From positions 1 through 53,076 of the IMG/VR virus record IMGVR_UViG_3300038393_002038: a stretch of DNA of 53,076 bases. One strand, given 5' to 3'. This document shows, in pieces, positions 48,088 through 53,076 of this stretch. The DNA comes from a virus. Lineage: Duplodnaviria > Caudoviricetes. The position numbers and the translations under genes were made by a program. The number at the start of each line of letters is the position of its first letter. Position 1 is the first letter of the stretch. The notes under the pieces were generated by a model. It saw only the letters and a program-made list of their open reading frames with translations. It did not search any database and had not been told where the DNA came from.

Positions 48088-49347
48088 TTATGCAGCATGA
48101 TTAAAGCCTTTTATCAGTCCTCTTCTCACTGCATGAGTAAATGATGCATATCTGGCAGCGTCCATTAGATGATTATACCTGTCTTCAGGGGTATTGGAGT
48201 TTGTTCCGTCATCTTTTATTTTAAACGAATACCTGCGGCGCTCAAATTCTAAGTTTGAGCATTCCCCCGTTTCCGGAGGTAGTTGACACTTTGTAGTGTA
48301 GGCCACTTTCTTTGTTCTAAGATGTAATACTCCAGCATCTAAATCTTTAATTGCTTTAACAGCCACAATTCTTAATGCCCTGAGATCCCGCTGCATGGAA
48401 CTGTCATGATCAATATATACCGGTTGCCCAAACTTGTATCCCGCGTCAAGAAGTATTTGCTTGATCATCCCGGGGGGGATGCCAGGTTGATAGCTTAATT
48501 CTTCGAAAATGTAATCATAAAACACACCATTAATTCTTTGGTTAATTGCACATTTTACTATGGCTGTCGGATCATTAGTGTATCCGAAATCTATTCCCCA
48601 AATTACATCATCTGTGACAGGAAACGGATCAAGTATTTTAATAAAGTTCGGAAACACAAGGCCTGAAACTTGCGCTGTCAACCCCCTGGCGTAAGCTTTC
48701 CATAGTTCTCTATCGGAGATATTCTCAATTGAATCGTGCATTTCCTGTGTGATAAAATGATTATGTATATGCCAGGATCTGATCACTTTTACAGACGGAA
48801 ATTCTTTTGTGCCACTTTTTGGATTGATCGGGCAATTAATGATTTTATCATGAACCCAGAAAGAAGCTACAGGGTTATAATCTATGAAAACTTTTTGTTT
48901 GGTTCTTTTTATTAACTGATAAGCGCAAGGCCATTCAAAATTTCTTGCTTCTGAGATATATAGAATGTCCCTTTTGGGGCCGTCGGCGTCCTTAGCTTTT
49001 TCGTAAGATTTAAAGAGAATTTTACTCCCATTTTTAAAAAAGAAAGTATGCGTGCTTATATTGTATCTCTTGACAGAGTTCTTTATGTGTAAATTATAAG
49101 TTGCAAGACCTTCAGCTATTTCGAGCGTATCGCCTGTTAGTTTTGGGACAGTAGCGCCAACAACTTCAATCTTTATGTTCGGATTGTAGATTGCATAAAG
49201 AAATAAAACCCGTATGATTGCCTGCGATTTTCCTGAGCTGGTACCTCCCTGGTGGACAACGATCTTTTCTTTGGCTGCTATTGTTGCCCAAAATAACGGC
49301 ATTTTCGCTGCTTCCGGAAATAATTCAACGGATTCAATTACGTCCAT
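48088..49347 (-). CDS. terL: Terminase large subunit (PBSX-like)
   Basis: QGGTSSGKS, YISEA, DYNP, GIDFGYTNDP, NHLMDAARY. Confidence 0.95.
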   Translation of the reverse strand: MDVIESVELFPEAAKMPLFWATIAAKEKIVVHQGGTSSGKSQAIIRVLFLYAIYNPNIKIEVVGATVPKLTGDTLEIAEGLATYNLHIKNSVKRYNISTHTFFFKNGSKILFKSYEKAKDADGPKRDILYISEARNFEWPCAYQLIKRTKQKVFIDYNPVASFWVHDKIINCPINPKSGTKEFPSVKVIRSWHIHNHFITQEMHDSIENISDRELWKAYARGLTAQVSGLVFPNFIKILDPFPVTDDVIWGIDFGYTNDPTAIVKCAINQRINGVFYDYIFEELSYQPGIPPGMIKQILLDAGYKFGQPVYIDHDSSMQRDLRALRIVAVKAIKDLDAGVLHLRTKKVAYTTKCQLPPETGECSNLEFERRRYSFKIKDDGTNSNTPEDRYNHLMDAARYASFTHAVRRGLIKGFNHAA

Positions 49348-49491
49348 TTTTTAATAATAAAATTTATTGCGAGCATGTATAATCCGGTCGCTAAAAATTT
49401 AACTGCAATACCGGTAAAACCCCAAATAAACAGGATAGGAGCAAAAAATAAAAGAAGCCATGCGAGAAGATACAAATAAGGTAAAGCAGTT

Positions 49492-50031
49492 TTAATCATC
49501 ACCTTCAGTGTTTGATGGTAATTCGATATTGATTCCTTTAGGCAGGGAAAGCTTTAAGAATGATACATCGTTTCCATTTTTGTCTGTTTGAGCAATTTTG
49601 GCCGGTGCGTAATCGCCTTCCATTTTATTAAGCTCGGCGATAGCGTTAATTCTCGCTATATGGCCGGCTAGTTCCACAAATTCAATTGTTTCAAATGATT
49701 TTAAGGCAGGATTATATTTTACTTCCGTATAAGGAACTTGTATCTCTCCCTTGATTATTTGAGTTAAATATTCTTTCCTTTCATCTGCCGTCATTATGGC
49801 CTTTTTACGGGCTTCAATAGCGGCTTCCTTATCAACCTCAGCTAACTCTTTTTTTATGGCTTGTTGCTTAATCAAATATTGTTCTTGTGCAGATTTCCAG
49901 TACGTGTCGATAGTTCTTGTGGATTTTTGAAATTTTTTGCAATATTTTGCAATTACCTTATTCCTTTCGGTACCCTGTTCAATCTCTTTTACGATTGCAT
50001 CAATGATTATCTGTTTTGCAGCTTTCGGCAT
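49492..50031 (-). CDS. terS: Terminase small subunit
   Basis: Upstream of terL; ER.EYLTQII.G, AIAELNKM.G.YAP. Confidence 0.8.
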   Translation of the reverse strand: MPKAAKQIIIDAIVKEIEQGTERNKVIAKYCKKFQKSTRTIDTYWKSAQEQYLIKQQAIKKELAEVDKEAAIEARKKAIMTADERKEYLTQIIKGEIQVPYTEVKYNPALKSFETIEFVELAGHIARINAIAELNKMEGDYAPAKIAQTDKNGNDVSFLKLSLPKGINIELPSNTEGDD

Positions 50032-50043
50032 TTAATGTCAAAA

Positions 50044-50060
50044 GTAATAAAAATTATTAC
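50044..50060. promoter_or_regulatory. 17-bp palindromic operator overlapping a TACTTTTG -7 box of terS
   Basis: GTAATAAAAATTATTAC. Confidence 0.7.
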
Positions 50061-50103
50061 TTAAATAATATAATCGCATTCAATTCGTATATTCTCTTAA
50101 CTT

Positions 50104-50376
50104 GTGATTAAAAAACTTATGTCTCTTTATTCTGTTTCTGATGCCGATTATCTAATCGGTTATTATTCAAAACTTGTTATCGGTAAACCAATCGAGGCTT
50201 CTATGCCTTCGAAGATTAAAAAAGTTGATAAAGAAGATTATGGACTTGGGAAATACAGAGTTAATGCCTATGCAATAAGTGAAACAGTTTTACAATTAAG
50301 GAGAAGCATAGATAAAGTTGCTTTTGATCTAAACCTGCCTTCACCTGATGAGGTTTTAAAGAATCGGGAACAATAA
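50104..50376 (+). CDS. Hypothetical protein
   Basis: ORF divergent from terS. Confidence 0.6.
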   Translation: MIKKLMSLYSVSDADYLIGYYSKLVIGKPIEASMPSKIKKVDKEDYGLGKYRVNAYAISETVLQLRRSIDKVAFDLNLPSPDEVLKNREQ

Positions 50377-50432
50377 CCTGCCCTCCCATACTGTCAATTA
50401 ATATTTTATTGACAAATATCAATAATTATTTT

Positions 50433-50473
50433 GTCCAAATATTTGGACGTTTCAAAATAATAACTTAGCTTTG
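50433..50473 (+). promoter_or_regulatory. Promoter with perfect 16-bp palindrome
   Basis: GTCCAAATATTTGGAC then TAGCTTTG -7 box. Confidence 0.6.
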
Positions 50474-50530
50474 TTCTATCAATTTAATCGAACCGTTAAG
50501 GAATTATTTAACAATCTAAAATTTATTACA

Positions 50531-50734
50531 ATGAGCACAAAAGTATCAAACAAAACAGCCAAAAGAGGTTATTCTTTCATTATTGACGGCAAGCACTTTC
50601 AAAAAGAAGAAATTTTTGAAGGCAGAAACGATTCGAATTTCTTTAATGATATTGAAGAAGAAGTAAAAGACAAATATGGCAACAGGTTAAAGAAAATAGA
50701 TCATACATCACGGATTATACATCTTGAATATTAA
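50531..50734 (+). CDS. Hypothetical protein
   Basis: Start reassigned to MSTKVS. Confidence 0.6.
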   Translation: MSTKVSNKTAKRGYSFIIDGKHFQKEEIFEGRNDSNFFNDIEEEVKDKYGNRLKKIDHTSRIIHLEY

Positions 50735-50802
50735 TTCTTTTTTAATCGCACCAACGCCCCGAAAGGGGTAAGGAATTTATAAACCTTAAAAAATTATTAG
50801 TT

Positions 50803-51030
50803 ATGGAAACTTTGGAATTAAACACATTAGCGGCTTTTAATCAAGAAGGAAAAGTAATAAAAACATGGAATTATAAAATGGTAGAAAATAACGGCAGCTT
50901 TGCGAAGCTCTATACAATGTGCTTTGAAAAAGGCTGTAATCTTCGGGTTTGTTTTAACAATGATCCTGAAGTTGAAAAGTATGGTGAGGAACTTTTGAAA
51001 AAGCAGTTGGAAAATTTTAAAGAAGATTAA
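50803..51030 (+). CDS. Hypothetical protein
   Basis: AT-rich leader, followed by a terminator. Confidence 0.65.
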   Translation: METLELNTLAAFNQEGKVIKTWNYKMVENNGSFAKLYTMCFEKGCNLRVCFNNDPEVEKYGEELLKKQLENFKED

Positions 51031-51031
51031 C

Positions 51032-51068
51032 AAGCCAAACCTGTAAAATTAATTACAGGCTTGGCTTT
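51032..51068 (+). terminator. Intrinsic terminator
   Basis: AAGCCAAACCTGTAA/TTACAGGCTTGGCTT hairpin. Confidence 0.65.
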
Positions 51069-51231
51069 AGTTCCTTTGCGGTCTACTAAAGACAGATTAT
51101 TCCGCTGGTTCGATTAAAACTGAAGTCAATGTTTGTAACACTGAAAACAATCATATTTCAATAAGCGATTTTAATCGGCTTTTCACCGAACCTAAAAAGG
51201 CAACCTTGCGAAACCAGACAAAAATACAACT

Positions 51232-51573
51232 ATGCAAGAAAAATACAGCAACATAATAACCGACTTCTTAAAATCCCATTCTCTCATTTCTGTAAAGGCT
51301 TTGGAAGAAGCTTTAAAAATCCCCCAAAGCACAATCTGGAAAGCAGTGCAGGGCGAAAGGTTGATTCCTGAAAAACACATTTTTCCTCTTATTTGTTTTC
51401 TCGCTGATTATGGTTTAAGAATCGACGGACACACATTAGAATATGATCATTCAGACGGCACTATTATTGGTCGCAAAGCAATAGAAGTTGAAACACAGGA
51501 AGACGGCGACGGTTTTATTTATCTTGTAAAAGAATACCGGTTTATTGTGAGTGATTATTTTGATTTACTTTAA
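51232..51573 (+). CDS. XRE/Cro-like HTH protein
   Basis: ISVKALEEALKIPQSTIWKAVQGER.IP. Confidence 0.7.
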   Translation: MQEKYSNIITDFLKSHSLISVKALEEALKIPQSTIWKAVQGERLIPEKHIFPLICFLADYGLRIDGHTLEYDHSDGTIIGRKAIEVETQEDGDGFIYLVKEYRFIVSDYFDLL

Positions 51574-51574
51574 G

Positions 51575-52774
51575 TCAAAAAACATTCTTCAATTTATTAG
51601 CCTCACTTACTAATTTACTTTGCTTTAAATGCATGTACGTCTTTATCACTTTATTACTTTTTACTCCAAGTATTGACATAGCCGCCTTTTCCTCAACTCC
51701 TCCGTCCACCAAAAAAGACCCCATCGTATGCCGACCAACATGTGAAGTAAGATTGATGTTTACGCCTGCTTTGGCTGCGAGTATTTTTAGATGAATATTA
51801 AAAGTTGTCCTGAAATTTTTCGGACTGGTTATTTCAAAATTATCCCGCAAGGACCATTCGAAGTATCTTCTTTGTCTTTCAGTTGTGATCGGTATTTGAG
51901 CGGTGTTATCATGCCTGATAGTCTTGTGTGGTTTAAACTCAAGATAGCCGGCATCATTAAACATGTACTGATCCAGTATCATCGCGTCTGATATTCTCAT
52001 TCCTGAAACACACATGCATAAAAATCTTCGTCCTACTTTTTTTGTTAGTTCCGGAAGATCTTCTGAAAGCGTGCGTTCAATTTTTTCAATGTCTGAAAGT
52101 TCGAGAAATCTTATCTTACTTTCGTCGGTTTCATAGCTGCCGACCTTAAATTGTTTAAACGGATTTCCTTCAGGTAAGATTATTTCGTTTGCAACGGCCT
52201 CGTTATAAACCATGCGAATAAATCCAAGCGCCTTCCATATGCTGTTTTTGTTTAATTCGGACTTATCTTTTTTCTTGTAGTCGTTTTGCATCCAAAATTT
52301 GTAAGAAGAGAGAAAAGAAACAGTGATGTGATTGAAATTAAGCTCTGGCTTAAAATGCATCAGCCTTTTTATTTCGTCTCTGTATCTTCGTTTGGTATCG
52401 GGCGAGTATCCTTTACCGTCTTTGAGTTTTTTATTCTCAATCACTGATTCTGCGTACTCATAAAAATTCTCATAAGCCGAATTTGATTTCAGGTACTGCT
52501 TAATGATTTCTTTGGTTAGTGGTAGTCCGAATGCCTGGCGTTTTACTATGAAGTTACTATGCCTGTTTAGTATGTTCTCAATTATGTTATTGATCAGCGA
52601 ATAATTAGGGCATTTCGGTTTTACTCTTTTTAAATCTTTGTCCCAGAATTCTGGCTTTACTTTTTGCTTTGTGTTGTCACTTCCGATATGCTTTCTTTTA
52701 AGATCAAACCGGATGATAATTGTTGATAGCCCCTGTTTGTTGGGTATCATTAAATCGGGATAGATGTTTACCAT
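51575..52774 (-). CDS. int: Tyrosine integrase
   Basis: GMRISD, K, SHVGRHT, catalytic Y; arm-binding N-terminus. Confidence 0.93.
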   Translation of the reverse strand: MVNIYPDLMIPNKQGLSTIIIRFDLKRKHIGSDNTKQKVKPEFWDKDLKRVKPKCPNYSLINNIIENILNRHSNFIVKRQAFGLPLTKEIIKQYLKSNSAYENFYEYAESVIENKKLKDGKGYSPDTKRRYRDEIKRLMHFKPELNFNHITVSFLSSYKFWMQNDYKKKDKSELNKNSIWKALGFIRMVYNEAVANEIILPEGNPFKQFKVGSYETDESKIRFLELSDIEKIERTLSEDLPELTKKVGRRFLCMCVSGMRISDAMILDQYMFNDAGYLEFKPHKTIRHDNTAQIPITTERQRRYFEWSLRDNFEITSPKNFRTTFNIHLKILAAKAGVNINLTSHVGRHTMGSFLVDGGVEEKAAMSILGVKSNKVIKTYMHLKQSKLVSEANKLKNVF

Positions 52775-52793
52775 GTTTATAAGTTTTTAAAAT

Positions 52794-52825
52794 TTATGGA
52801 GCAGCTGTGGAGCATTTATGGAGCA
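52794..52825. repeat. Three 11-bp-period direct repeats, probable integrase arm sites
   Basis: TTATGGAGCA / CTGTGGAGCA / TTATGGAGCA. Confidence 0.75.
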
Positions 52826-52951
52826 AACCATGTTTTTTAATGCTATTTACTACCGTTTATTGCCGTCAAAATATGGGGGAGCACCTTCCCTTAAAAGCAG
52901 AAAAGACGCTGAAAGTAGCGTCTTTATTAAGTTTCGTGAATCTTGTGAGTG

Positions 52952-53025
52952 CGGACCGGACGGGACTCGAACCCGCGACCTCCGCCGTGACAGGGCGGCA
53001 TTCTAACCAACTGAACTACCGATCC
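52952..53025 (-). tRNA. tRNA-Asp (GTC), likely integration site
   Basis: GGATCGGTAGTTCAGTTGGTTAGAATGCCGCCCTGTCACGGCGG...GGTTCGAGTCCCGTCCGGTCCG. Confidence 0.97.
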
Positions 53026-53076
53026 GTTTAATTGGGAGCGCGAAGATAATAAAATTTGAACTTTGCCAAACATCTT

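Larger units (their letters stand above)
1..52951. mobile_element. Prophage (temperate siphovirus-like, Bacteroidota host), left end not in window
   Basis: Integrase adjacent to the 3' end of tRNA-Asp; complete head-tail-lysis module; replication/recombination module. Confidence 0.95.

Noticed and set aside
1-52951. Second att copy or stop-codon recoding
   Set aside because: No duplicate of the tRNA-Asp 3' end seen in the window; genes are full length under the standard code
52807-53031. Two plus-strand ORFs over the att region
   Set aside because: Shadows antisense to tRNA-Asp

Overview
Nearly the whole window is one temperate siphovirus-like prophage of a Bacteroidota host. The host call is inferred from TAnnTTTG-type promoter boxes, a T9SS-like sorting domain and a DUF4468-like gene. 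The right end abuts an intact tRNA-Asp(GTC), the likely attB, next to a tyrosine integrase. The left end is cut off inside a pentapeptide-repeat gene. Bases 1-16300 (+ strand) are early/replication genes: ERF recombinase, SNF2-helicase/DNA-methyltransferase fusion, initiator with iterons, DnaC-like loader, nucleases and many small ORFs. Bases 16389-50031 (- strand) are the late region: terS, terL, portal, protease, HK97-type capsid, tail, tape measure, tail fibres, lysis. The most notable observation is a candidate late-gene control system. Four late operon leaders share AGAGCTTC-WWC-GAAAGCC overlapping an intrinsic terminator whose inner stem differs in sequence but keeps pairing. A Mu Com-like zinc-finger gene lies just upstream of the first copy, with an initiator tRNA-fMet nested on the same strand inside its ORF. 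A 17-bp palindrome GTAAT-N7-ATTAC occurs five times at late promoter positions. Other highlights are a ~195-nt expanded tRNA-like RNA, and a tail-spike-like protein plus neighbours that carry Sec signal peptides. All protein calls are by motif recognition and gene order only; no searches were run.
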